A DNA stretch of 64,000 bases from Amphiscolops sp. MND2022 (lineage: Eukaryota). The stretch is taken from contig OZ076409.1 of NCBI GenBank assembly GCA_964187785.1, positions 2,668,001 through 2,732,000 on the forward strand, written 5' to 3'. Shown here one piece after another: positions 38,973 to 50,674 of this stretch (positions are counted from its first letter, which is position 1; the number at the start of each line of letters is the position of its first letter). Made by a program: the position numbers and the translations under genes. Under the pieces are notes generated by a model. That model was not told the DNA's origin, did no database searches, and saw only the letters and a list, made by a program, of their open reading frames with translations.

Positions 38973-41201
38973 GATGTATTACGGATGAACAAATCACAAA
39001 ACGAACGAATTACATGCAATTTTAACTTAAAAGGTACATGAAGATGTAAAATGGATGAAAAGTTACTAAAAATCACATGAAAACCGCATACAAACAAAAC
39101 GAGATGTAAAACGGATGAAAAACGATCAAAAAACCAGAAAACACAACACACAAAAATTTGAGATGAAAAAAGGATGAAACCACACGAAAATTTAGCTCAG
39201 ACACACGAGAGATGAAAAAGTGATGAACTCAGCCAAAAAATCGACCAATCAACATGCAATATTTACTAGCGATGCATTTGAGATGGAAAAATACCATCAG
39301 AATGCAAGGGCACCCACGTTCATGCTATTACAAGACTCTAGCTCGGCCAGAGGATGAAATAGCGATGAACTCGATCCAATTATTCATAAATTACATGAAA
39401 TCAATTAACGAGATGAATTTGTGATGGACACTACCATCAAATCGCGACCGAATTTATCGTTAACCTGACACAATACTCTAGCTTCGCTGGAGGATGTCAA
39501 AACGATGAATTTAGTCTAAATGGAAATTCGAAAATATTAAATGACTTACCAACACCTCTTTGTGAGGGGAAACACCATCAACATAACATCACAATAAATC
39601 AGCTAATTCGCAAACAACATGTAACTCCACGAAACGATAAAAAACAACCGACCTTATTTCGAATCATGCAACGAAATTATGCGACACAAAAATGAAATGA
39701 TCAATACATGTAAAGTTCAAAGACCTGCCAAATCAATGACGTCACGAAAGCAATTAACAATTCCAAACTACATGCAATACAAATGAGCAACGCACGGAAA
39801 TATACATGTACCGTTCAAGAATGAATGAGATAATATATGCAATTCACACCAAAAACATCCGAACCTAGACGAATAAAAATGAAACAAACGATCGAAAATA
39901 CATGAAGTCTACTAACTTACATGCAAAATATAAGAACTGACGAAACACCTACAAAACTAATAAAGGAGTGAGCACCCCCCAGTAAACATCAGCTCATAAC
40001 ATACAAAACACCCCTATCGAAAAGCTAAAAACATTCCTTCGTGCTGGCTGGCATTTTCTCTGAAAAGAGTGCTGGTTAGTTGAGGCGGGGAGCTCACAAC
40101 CATATTCGGATGAAGCTTGCTGCGTTGGTTATCCAGCGGCTAGTGGATTCTCAGTTAGTTTTGTAGGGGCTTTGTGACGACAAAGCCCTGTCCAAATGAA
40201 CGAAAATAAAATTAGAAAACAGGAAACTACCACCGAACATATAACGACATGTCAATAATGGGGCAACCCATTTAAAAGAGCACATCATGTAACAATCCAT
40301 ACATGCAAATACAAGAAACAGATAGTCTAAAACTGGACACATGCATAACCGTAGATGTCAATCACATTGATTGATCGGACTGACCGTCGAATGGACAAAC
40401 CCATTTCGACGAATAATGGCAAACAACCAACCGAAAAATTGACATATAGACTATATATAGCCCGAAACTACGAGATTCCATTTATCTGAAAGGAGCGGAG
40501 CAGCTCCACTCACCCAGCTCTGGACTGAAGCCACTAGTACCTTGCACGCCTACAGGCTATCAGTACCACTGCTGAGTGAACTTATTTTCGACTGCCACGC
40601 AAGCGGCGGTCACCAGAATTCGAACTAAAAATACATGCAATGACGTTCCGAAGTTGACAAATTAGAAACATGACGACGATGATCAAAACACATGTACCAT
40701 AAAATTCATGCAAATTCAAAAACACGACAAATGGTTATAACCGTATAACGCTAAAATACATGAAGAAAACAATCCGAAACACCGCAATATTAATAAAAAT
40801 TTCCTCCGGACATGAAAAATGCAACCCCCGCTTACGTTATAGCCAAATAACATCGAAAACACGCAAAAATCCGTACATTTCAACGCACGATGAAAAGAAG
40901 ATGAACTATACAGCAGAAACTGGACAAGACAAACTTGCGATACAAAAACGATGAACTATAGCAAATAACGCACGAAAGTGCTGAAATCAAACGCAAGATG
41001 AAAAAACGATGAAATACGTAGAAAAACCACATGTAACAACATGCAATATTTCTGACGCACCGAAAGATGTAAAAACGATGACAAAAACAGTTTTCACGAC
41101 GTCGCTTGGTCGACCGAGGAAAACGTGATGAAAATGAGATGAGAAATCAAAAATCAAACGCTGACGAATTACTTACACTACCACGAGATGTAATAACGAT
41201 G
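38973..41201 (-). promoter_or_regulatory. GATG-N7-GATG (CATC on minus strand) arrays downstream of pol
   Basis: Pairs at 38973, 39043, 39103, 39162, 39211, 39271, 39353, 39412, 39493, then again from about 40889 to 41187. Confidence 0.7.
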
Positions 41202-41542
41202 AATACCATAAAAGCGATGCGCGACCGATGATCTATGATACAAAAATACCGAGGACAATGCTTCAAGTGAACTGTTGGACGAACTTGTTGATTTACGCGT
41301 ACTTAATATCCTCTGTAACTATCACTAACAACTCAAAAGGAAAACAGATGTTGGGCACCAAAATAACTATTGTTGTAAATACACTGCTACCGATCTTTCC
41401 GACGTAGCAGAATTTTCTCTCTCTCTCCCCTCTCTATCCAGAGGCTGTACCCAATGTTGACAAATCATTAAAGAACTAATACTACAAAAACAATAATATA
41501 AACAATACAAATCTAAATCAACTGAGTTTGCACCATTCAAAG

Positions 41543-42480
41543 TTAATTGCCGATCTCTGGGCTCATTGCTCGCTCTCCATCCACTTCATATCCTAACTGT
41601 TCATAGATATGACGCCGGTAATCTTCATTCGCGACGATGCCAATGTCATCCCATAGGAGCTCCTCCGTGAAATCTGACAGATCCGTGATACGCCCAACTG
41701 CTTCTGAGACTTCATCCAAAAGCGGCCCTTCAACACTCTCGTACAAGCGTATTCGATGTGCCTTCAAGTAACTGACGACCGTAGCGCACACACTGCTGGT
41801 CACATCACTAGACATGTGACCCACTTGCACACACTTCGTTTCCAACGGAAACTGCGGACTTTCACACAAGCATAACAAGAATCGAAGGAAGCGAACTGAC
41901 GATTCACTAGCACACGCCCGGAACAGGTCGATCTCAGTACCAGCCGTAGCTAATACTTCAGGGCTCACAAGACTGCGATACTTGGCCACAAAGTTCGGCA
42001 TGTCGCGATCCATCCGTCTCCGCTCAGCTGACGTGATTCGCTTGAGTTCCAGAAGTAACTCCGTGAAACGGCTTGCCTCCTGAACCACAAGTTCTGTCTC
42101 TGCCTCTGCTAGAATGACCGGACAACAGATACTGAGGTGGAATGTCACCTCATCCTTCAGTCCCTTCACATTGAGAACTTCCTCAACGACCGCAAGCAGG
42201 AACTTCTGCACTCGCACTAAATCCTCTTCAAAATGGGCTAGATTTGCATAGTCGTCGGAGTGCACTGCAAACCGCCCCCGCAACCACTCTAATTTGGGTC
42301 CACTCAACTCCAATTCAGACACAACCAAGCTCAGGAAAGCACGTACATCTGTCACTGGAGGTAGAACAGACTCATCCACCACATAGACCAACAGGGCTCG
42401 TACAAAACAGGCGCTCTCATATGCCCAGTGACACCCGCGAATTGCACTGTCACTGAAACTCCACTGGTATGCAGTCACTA
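41543..42480 (-). CDS. Antisense hAT-transposase-derived gene, last exon
   Basis: tttcag acceptor, phase 1; KFLLAVVEEVL...LSICCP, RFLLCLCES and PLLDEVSEA resemble a hAT C-terminal half. Confidence 0.75.
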
Positions 42481-42619
42481 CTGAAACAACAAAAAGCGAC
42501 AAAGAATTGTACACACGTTTCACACGATACTCACAAACCAATCCAACCCCCCCCTGCACACAATACTGACTTAGCCGCCCGAACCAAACACACGAAATAA
42601 ATAATACAAGAATACTCAC

Positions 42620-42815
42620 GAGCACGGAGAACAAGACTCAAGACATGAAGCCGCATCGCAACGCCAGGATCACCACAGAGCACATAGTCTAGCGGATCAA
42701 CATCTCCCTCGTCATCAGGTGTCCTCAGTAAACCGCAAATGAAAGGCCATTTCTCACGCAATTCAGAGAGAACGTCAGGCACGTCCCACAAAGACACCTC
42801 GCCTTCTAAGACCGA
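42620..42815 (-). CDS. Antisense hAT-derived gene, exon
   Basis: ttgtag acceptor, gtgagt donor, phase 0 to 1; SLWDVPDVLSELREKWPFI resembles the TRW...WP segment. Confidence 0.75.
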
Positions 42816-42945
42816 CTACAAAAACAAATCACAAGTTAAAACAGTTTTATTAACGGAAAGATACCACCCCCCCCCGCAAAACATAATACATAGCGAGCCC
42901 ATTACAACCATAAACTTCGATAAAACAAAACTCTATGACACTCAC

Positions 42946-43431
42946 CCGCAACAGTTTGGGACAGGACAACAACAGATCATCTTTCACATAGGGTTTCAGT
43001 CTAGACTGCAAGTGATTAAGGATAACATGAACGTCGGTGCCCCCAAGAACTCTCGCGCTCGCAGCCACTATAAGTCGATTGATGTCAGCCAGTCGAACGG
43101 GTACTAAGCTAATCGTCCCAATTCCGGCACTTGAGCACAAGACACGATTTAACGGCGGGAACAGCTCACAATTTAGGCCGAGGGGACAGATCTCACTCAG
43201 AGCACCACAAAGCAGGTTCACAATCCACGAAACTAATCGCGGCTCCCAATCCTGCGTGTAGCTAAAGGAAAACAGGATATACTGCGAGACCCCTTCTGAG
43301 CTACACATGCTCACTCGCCCAACGACCCTGTCCGCCACGATGCCAATGGAGAAGCTACTGAACGTCGACTCACTCCACAAAGCAATCAGACGCCGCATGA
43401 CGAAGGGCCACAAACCCAAAATGATCACGCC
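42946..43431 (-). CDS. Antisense hAT-derived gene, exon (degenerate RNase H-like core)
   Basis: ttttag acceptor, gtgagt donor, 486 nt, phase 0 to 0; GLWPFVMRRLIALWSESTFSSFSIG. Confidence 0.75.
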
Positions 43432-43565
43432 CTAAAACACAAACGTAATACTGTACATAAAGCAAATCTGCAAACTCAGAAACATATACAAACTACATAA
43501 TTCAAATCTTATATTTGCCGCCCATTCGCTACTAGCTACAACTAATAAAATAAAAATATAGTTAC

Positions 43566-44128
43566 CACAATATCATCAAGTCGACACCTCCGTCCAAACA
43601 TGGTCACGTGCTGCGCATCGGTCGCCACCATTAGCTCCCATAATCCACATACACTCAGCAGGTCACAGTCCCGGTACAGAGCATCAATCACCAGACACAG
43701 GAACAGCCGCACAGTACGTTCCTGGCCTTCCGATTCGTCCTGTTCTAGATCTTCCCAGACAGGTTTCCCTGCGAGTTCCATCTGGAAAACTTCTGCTGGG
43801 GTAACATCTGGGCAACGCTCAACAATAGGCACAGTCACTCCTTCCAACAAAGCTGATTGAGCCACACTGTCCGACACTGACATCAGATTGCCGTCACGAT
43901 CCCGCAATGCTAGCCCGCGTCTAAGCCGAACCAGACAATCGAGGCGGTGATGTTGGACGCCCCGACAATGCTCCATAAAAGTCGTGATACCACGACTTGC
44001 AACCTTTATGTCCCGCTTGCACAACAAGCACCTCACATAAGATTCACGGGACTGATGATATTTCGCGTATCCAATAGCTAAACCACAATACACGTGATTG
44101 AACCAGCTCCGAGCGATCCGTTTCCGCT
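43566..44128 (-). CDS. Antisense hAT-derived gene, zinc-finger exon
   Basis: aacag acceptor, gtaact donor, phase 1 to 0; W...CLLCKRDIKVASRGITTFMEHCRGVQH (BED-like C2H2). Confidence 0.8.
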
Positions 44129-44786
44129 CTGTTTTAACACAACAGCATACATATCAGACACCATAGAAATGCACACAGCAACGTACCACATCTTATGAAC
44201 ATCCTCAAAAACCGAAAAATGCAAAAGTAAAACGACAAATCAAAAAGTTCACCCGGAGTGATGAAAAAATGATGTAAAATAACATTTTCATCGGGAAATA
44301 TAAGCGAAAACGAAGAAAAAACAAAAAATGAAAAAGAGATGTAATTGTAGACCACCAGGATGAAAAATGGAAACTTTAAAGAATGAAAGCCTCGAACGAT
44401 GAAAAAGAGATGAATAGAACAACTTTGAACCAAAATTGAGATATTCTAGAGCGAAAACAACTTAACGATGAAGAAGAGATGTAAACTGAAAAGAAATCAC
44501 TGAAAGATAGCGAAAACCCAAACGAGAAATTTTAAAGATGTAAAAGAGATGAAAAGTTCCAAAAAACGACCAGAGAGCGAAAAGACTATTGTCCAAAACT
44601 TTTGACGATGAGAAAACGATGGAAAATGAAAAACTGCGGAAAACATATAGTGAAAACAGAAAAAACGATGGAAAATGGATAGAAAAGAGAAAACGTGAAA
44701 AATGCTAGCGAAAGTAAAAACGAAAAGGGAAACGAATGAAAATCTACTGATCAGATACTTCACCGGTTTAAAGCTGTTTAGTTAAC

Positions 44787-45458
44787 CTGGCAGACGAGAT
44801 GCAATGGGCTCGTCATCGGAGTCCAACAGGCTGGGTCCCATTGGAGACGTCTCGAGGTCGACAGTACCCACATTGGACACAATACTTCCTGGAGCTGACA
44901 TGCCAGATGGAGGACTATGCAATGAGAGATCATCAGGAATTTCCAGTCGGGTCTCGGTGGTACCAGCTGAGGGAACTTCGGACGGGTCAACGTCAACGTC
45001 AAATGCCCCTGGAACATCAGCAACCGGTGGAGGAGGAGAAGCAGACAGGGAAGTCTCCACCTGGGGTTCATAAAACGTGGAACCATCTGCTGTCTCAGTA
45101 ACGGCTTGGACCTCCTTGTCCGCAGTATCCACACAGGCATCACTGGCTGCATCTATGCAAGCAACAACGGCATTTGCAGCGGTGTCAACTGTGACGCGAG
45201 GTGGAGGAAGAGGACTCCTGGGAGAGACACTGGCGTTGAGGTACCGATGGAAGCTCGGTGAGAGGACGGAAGCGGAAGCCCTCATCACAGGAGAACTCAC
45301 TGCACCTAGTGACAGGTCCTCAAGGAAAGAAGACAACTCTAGTGGAGGGGGCCCTCCTTGAGTGCTAGCATCAGCACTAGTTGCGGCGAAATCACTCGTC
45401 CCTACTCCTACGGAATAGCTGATGGGACGAGGCCTTGGTGCGTGGATCGGTGTGGGGC
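44787..45458 (-). CDS. Antisense gene, acidic S/P/D-rich exon
   Basis: tttcag acceptor, CAG|gttaac donor, 672 nt open, phase 1 to 1. Confidence 0.7.
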
Positions 45459-45701
45459 CTGAAAGAAGAAACAGTTACTGGACGACGACGATTAGAGAAG
45501 AAAGAGCGCGTACGCCGCGCGAAGAAAGAAAACCGGAGAAGAATACATCCAAAACTCATCTTCAAAAAATGGGATTTACAGCGAGTCAGTCATGGAGAGC
45601 TGTGAATGTTCATGACACATCCTAAATTCATCTCGAAGGTGAATTACATGGGTAATCGACCGCAAAGGACACTACATGCAGATAAGATGTTTACATCGGA
45701 A

Positions 45702-46240
45702 TCACATCGGAGTGTTCGGACGATAGCCTAGAGAAGTGAAAAGGAAATTGACAAACTCACTGTACTGCTGGATGCTATCCCGCAGCATGTCCCGCATGTG
45801 GCGGTCATACCACCCGAAGGTGATGCTGCCTAGGGAGGCATACCAGGGGTAGTGGTCTGAAACACCATACGAAAAGGAGTCAGCTACTGGACGGAGTAAG
45901 GATGAGATATGAGGGATTCGAAGACTGAACTGAAGAATGGAAGGATAGTACTTACACTGCGGAAGATACGGGACGTTAGGGGCCTGTTCAGTTTGCTGCT
46001 CAGGTTGATACTGAGGTACGTGAGATGCTGCAGGGATCGGAGCATCTTGAGGCGGAACTGTCTGCAACGTAGTCAGTTCGGAAATTATGCCGACAGAGTG
46101 AACGGAGTCCGCTAAAACCAAGACACGCCTTCAATTCCTAATTATTCCCCGGCCCGTTTGTGAAGAAGAGAAAAAATAGTGCACTTACTTTCTGTGACCT
46201 CGGTCTCTGGTAACGAATAGATGGAGTTGATATCCGACAT
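45702..46240 (-). CDS. Antisense gene 5' exons (46240-46189, 46111-45956, 45856-45761, optional 45727-45702)
   Basis: ATG at 46240; gtaagt, gtaagt and gtgagt donors, all phase 1, with matching acceptors. Confidence 0.55.
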
Positions 46241-47362
46241 CGCGAAGAATTGCAAAACAATCTGAAAAGAATGGAAGACGGTGAAAGAAGGAAAGAAATC
46301 GAAGAATCCAAGAGCAGAGAATTTGATCAGTAATTAAATGGCCTGATCAACCATGATTACAGAAGAACAAATTCAATAGAAGATTTCAAAGAGCGCGACG
46401 CAGCTTGAATGCCATGTTAATCAAATACTTGAATTCAGAAGATGAAAAATCGATGAAAAATCTCCGATTTCAAATACTGACAGCACTTTTCTTCCCAGTA
46501 CAACCAACTCAAGCTTTCTCTGAGAATGGATCGTCCTCTCCTAGGACTTGACAAAAAAAACTTCAAGTATTTGATTTGTCGACAGCTGCCAGTCTCAGAT
46601 CAATACCGACGAAGTTGAGCGGAAACGCGCAAAGGAAATCGTGGCGATTTCAAACCGACTTAAATGGAGGATGATTTATGGATGAGAATGCTACTGACAA
46701 CCGGTTGTAATTTCCTTCAGTTATAATTCAGTCTCAACCAATCAGATCGAGCAACAGTTACTATGGCGACGAATTCATCTCTTTCTCATCCACTCAAAAG
46801 TCGAGCAGCGGAAGTAACTTTTGACAGTTGCTATGGCGACGATTCATCTTCTTTCCATCGCGAGTAAACAAAGCGGCGGCGCCAGCCATTCCGCTAAACA
46901 GCATCGATGTCTCGTTGAGCAAACAATTCATCGTTCATTCATCCCCGACTCGTTGCCAATTTGTCAATGAAGCTAATCGAATTGTTTATTCAGCGTAGGC
47001 ATTTTGGAGGGAAACTTTTCTCCGAGAAATCAGCTTCTACCGAAAATAACCAGCCGAAACTCCCGTCAAAAGCATGACAACCAATAAAATGCAGATCAGC
47101 GGACATTCGATGGACCAAGAATTAGAGTTGCCGCGTCGAAAATTTTAACCGAAATCACCCAGGATGATGCCAGAAAAGACGATTACCGAAGGTCCTCTTC
47201 TCAGAGAAGCTCTCACAGGACAGAACAAACGAAGGACATGCCAGTTCAGAACTAACGAAGGCCATTTTCTCACCAACCAAACGAAGGACCAGTCGAAGCC
47301 AACGCCGAGACAACCATCCTCTGCACATTTGGCCCCTGCACTCTCAGTCCAAATCCCGCCCC

Positions 47363-47368
47363 GGGGAG
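47363..47368 (+). other. Short polypurine tract
   Basis: GGGGAG abutting the 3' LTR TG. Confidence 0.55.
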
Positions 47369-49605
47369 TGTCATGCCAGCATGATGGAAATATAATCTAC
47401 TAAATATCTGTAATGTAAATATTATGTCTTATGTACTTAGATATGGGCAATATGATGTCATATAATAAGAGCCATGGTTGTGAGCAACCCTACGTTACTT
47501 GTACTTTAATCCCTATCCCCCCTGAGTTTGAGCTATATATATTTACTTAATACTGAGCGCTCTAATTCCGGTGTCCGCACAAATGATCTTGCCAATAGCT
47601 TTTAATGTGCTATCTTATTCAATATTGGTTTGTCACGATAAGGGAGAGAAGTTTTCCGGTCAGACTGGATCGAGAGATGTAAAATAATGGAATCTGTAAC
47701 TTCTACTAGCTCCCTCGCCTCAGGACTTGTAGTCGTGACGAAATTCAGAAAAGTTCATCACTAATCCATCAGCGGACTTAGTGATCCTACAACTTGATCT
47801 ATTAGTGAAATTACAGTGCTATATTATCAAGGTTCATCGCAATCACATCGCCAAGATTGCGGGTGAACAAAGTGTAGGACATTTAATTGATTTCATTTAA
47901 TGATCCATCAGCGGATCTCACGGGACTTTAAAATGCATGAAAAACCATCCTATACTCATCGTCGCTTTGTGATTATTAACTTTCATTGTGCTTCTCATTT
48001 CTTAACAAGAGCATGACACGTCTATATTTCATCATCCTGACTAGCAACTACAAGGAATGAGAAAGTACATCCTTAATTCATCCTAAAAAAGAGTGAAGTG
48101 CTGGATATCTGTTTTATTAGATTAACTCATCACTAGTTCATCGTAAATTCATCGCTAGTTCGACTTGTGTTAGAATTAGCCGAATTTTTAGTTGAGTTCA
48201 TCCTAAACTCATCGTTGGAATTTCATTCATTAGATTTTGCTGTTTTATTGAATGTATTCATCCTAAAGTCATCGTATATTTGTCTTCACTGCAGAATTAG
48301 CTGTTTCACCTGTTTTATTGACTGAATTCATCCTGAATTCATCGTCAATTTCACTAGTACTGGAAATTAGTTATTTTCGAGGAGAGTTCATCCTTTTACC
48401 ATCGTTGATTTAAATTGTGCTGGAATCATTCATTTTGAAGACGAGTTCATCCTTTTATCATCGTCAGTTTATATCGTGTTGATTTTCGAGCTAAAAGACC
48501 ACCATTCATCGCATTTTCATCCAGAGCTAAACTAGACTTGAAAAATCAGCAAATATTCTGACGAATTCATCGCGTTTCCATCTTTAGTTTTGAAGTATTG
48601 ATTTTAGTGCTACAATTAGTTGGAAAACATCGTTTTCTCATCCTGTGATGCAGTTTACTCTGGTTTGACTCGAAATTAGTATATTATTGAATGATTTGAG
48701 TTGCTATAGAAACCATGACACTGCGTGCAGGCAATTGCGACATTGTAAAGTGATGATTAGTCATAATTAGCGTATGTAGATGTATCATGTGGTTTGGCCA
48801 ACTTGCGGCAGTTCACAACACCGGTCACGTGACTTACCAATTAGCACCAACTGGCAACAGCCAATAAGAGTCGGCTGGTAAGAGATTTAGCGTCTTACCA
48901 GCCTGAAAAGACACGTGAACTGCTGAATTTTGGACCGCCATTAGAGATTACTCAGACAAAAAATTGCGATTAGCTACTGTCCAGTTGGACGAATTACGAC
49001 AGACTTGAACCAGAAAACACATCTCTTATTCATCGTAAATAACGCTACCTCCACAACTCTGAGTAATTTCTTGATTGATATCTATCCGATGAAATTTGGA
49101 TGAACTCTACTTAATCCTCGCTAACTATTTCTCGTTCGTTACTAGTATCCTTGTCTTACTGTAAAACTCATCGCATTTACATCTCAAGTTCAGAAATAGT
49201 GAATTTGAGTTTCGAATAACAGTATAAAATAGAAAAATACATCGAAAATCATCCAGAATCCAGTCTTCATTCATAATTCCTTTTCTCCCACCTCTATGAA
49301 CCCAGATCTAGGCACTGAACTCAGAAGCGGAAGAATTATTAGTTCCTCATTAGAAACACCCGTTCAAACGGATCCAGACATGGCTCAGTCTTCTGCCAAT
49401 GACTCTGATAGTAACGAGACTTCTGATATCTCGTCTCAGTTGTCTGAAATAAAAGAGAGTTATGAGAGAAAGATAAACGAACTACAGAATGAGTTCAGTC
49501 AACTGAAGGACTTAATGATGGCTGTCATAAGTAAGACAGACACCGAAAACCGACAGTCAAGCTCGAAAGGTCCTTCAAAGCCGACCCACACGGTTGGGCT
49601 CGACA
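47369..49605 (+). repeat. 3' LTR (2237 bp)
   Basis: Copy of the 5' LTR, followed by TSD CCACC. Confidence 0.96.
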
Positions 49606-50219
49606 CCACCTTTTTATTAGTCGGCGGTTTTCGGTGAAAAACGCAAACTATAGTAGTGACTTTTTTTATAGTGACAGATTTTATAAGACCAACGAAGTGA
49701 CAGAATTTATAAGCTTTATAAGCTGACTTGAACTAACACTAAATGCCACACTACTTCTACTGGCACTTGAGATAGAGGTTAATTAGGCTTTTTTGAGGCC
49801 CCTTTCACATTTTTCGGCACTATGAGACTTCCTGGGGACCGAAAAATTGAAAACTTGTAAATATGTTGTCGCTGAAAAAGTTTTATGCGGAGTTGCTAGC
49901 AAATTTTTTGCTCCATTTTCGCTTGTCGAGCTTTAATTTCCAGTTCCATTAAAAGAAGTTTAAATTAAAGTTTTAGAGACGTCTATTGGTGATTTTTTAA
50001 TGATGAATGGAAAAAACTTTCGTGACAATGATGGTAAAATGTACGATGTGGTGAGAATGTAAATAACATGTAACTAAACTTGAAAACTACCAAAAATTCT
50101 GAAATTGAGCACCAGAAATTACAAGTGAAAAAATTAACACAGTTTTCTAAGATTTACTCGAAATTTGTGTTCCATTTTTTTTAAAAAAAGGCGGATTGGA
50201 AGCAAAGAGAGGGTTGGGG

Positions 50220-50648
50220 CAGTGAATTGTCGTGTATCGAGTTTTTCGTGTATCGCGTATTTCGTGTAATTGCAAAAGCAGTTACGTGTAATCGTGTATT
50301 TTAAAAAATTGTGTATTTTTGTGTATAATCGTGTATATTCATGTAATTCCTTTTCGGAAAAATAAAAAAAGAACTTCCAAGTTTTTCGGCTAAAAACGGT
50401 TTCTTCTATTTGCGCATCGTAAGTTGCATTTAGACTGCTCCTGAGCTTGCTGGAACGGCTAAATTTTAAGGATCAATTTTTTGAACAATACTGGCACATT
50501 TTCTGCGTCCCAAATTTCCGCGCTCAATTTAATTTTTGTAATTTTGTGTATTAGTGTATTTTTGGTGTGTATTCCAAAAAATCATAGGTTCGTGTATTTA
50601 AAGAGCAAAAAATCGTGTATCCTGTCCTGTATCGTGTACATTTTACTG
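50220..50648. mobile_element. hAT-type MITE
   Basis: TIRs CAGTGAATTGT / ACATTTTACTG, perfect 8-bp TSD GGTTGGGG, many CGTGTA subterminal repeats. Confidence 0.8.
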
Positions 50649-50674
50649 GGTTGGGGTATTGAAAAAGTGGATGC

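Larger units (their letters stand above)
30422..49605 (+). mobile_element. Full-length giant Ty3/Gypsy LTR retrotransposon (19,184 bp)
   Basis: Paired LTRs TGTC...GACA, 5-bp TSD CCACC (30417-30421, 49606-49610), PBS, PPT, gag, pol in PR-RT-RH-IN order. Confidence 0.97.

Noticed and set aside
41543..43428. env-like third ORF
   Set aside because: It is antisense and spliced. The apparent hydrophobic signal peptide of ORF 41543-42634 falls in an intron, and I see no furin site or C-terminal TM anchor.
49296..49637. Independent 113-aa gene
   Set aside because: It is the LTR-duplicated start of gag running into flanking DNA.
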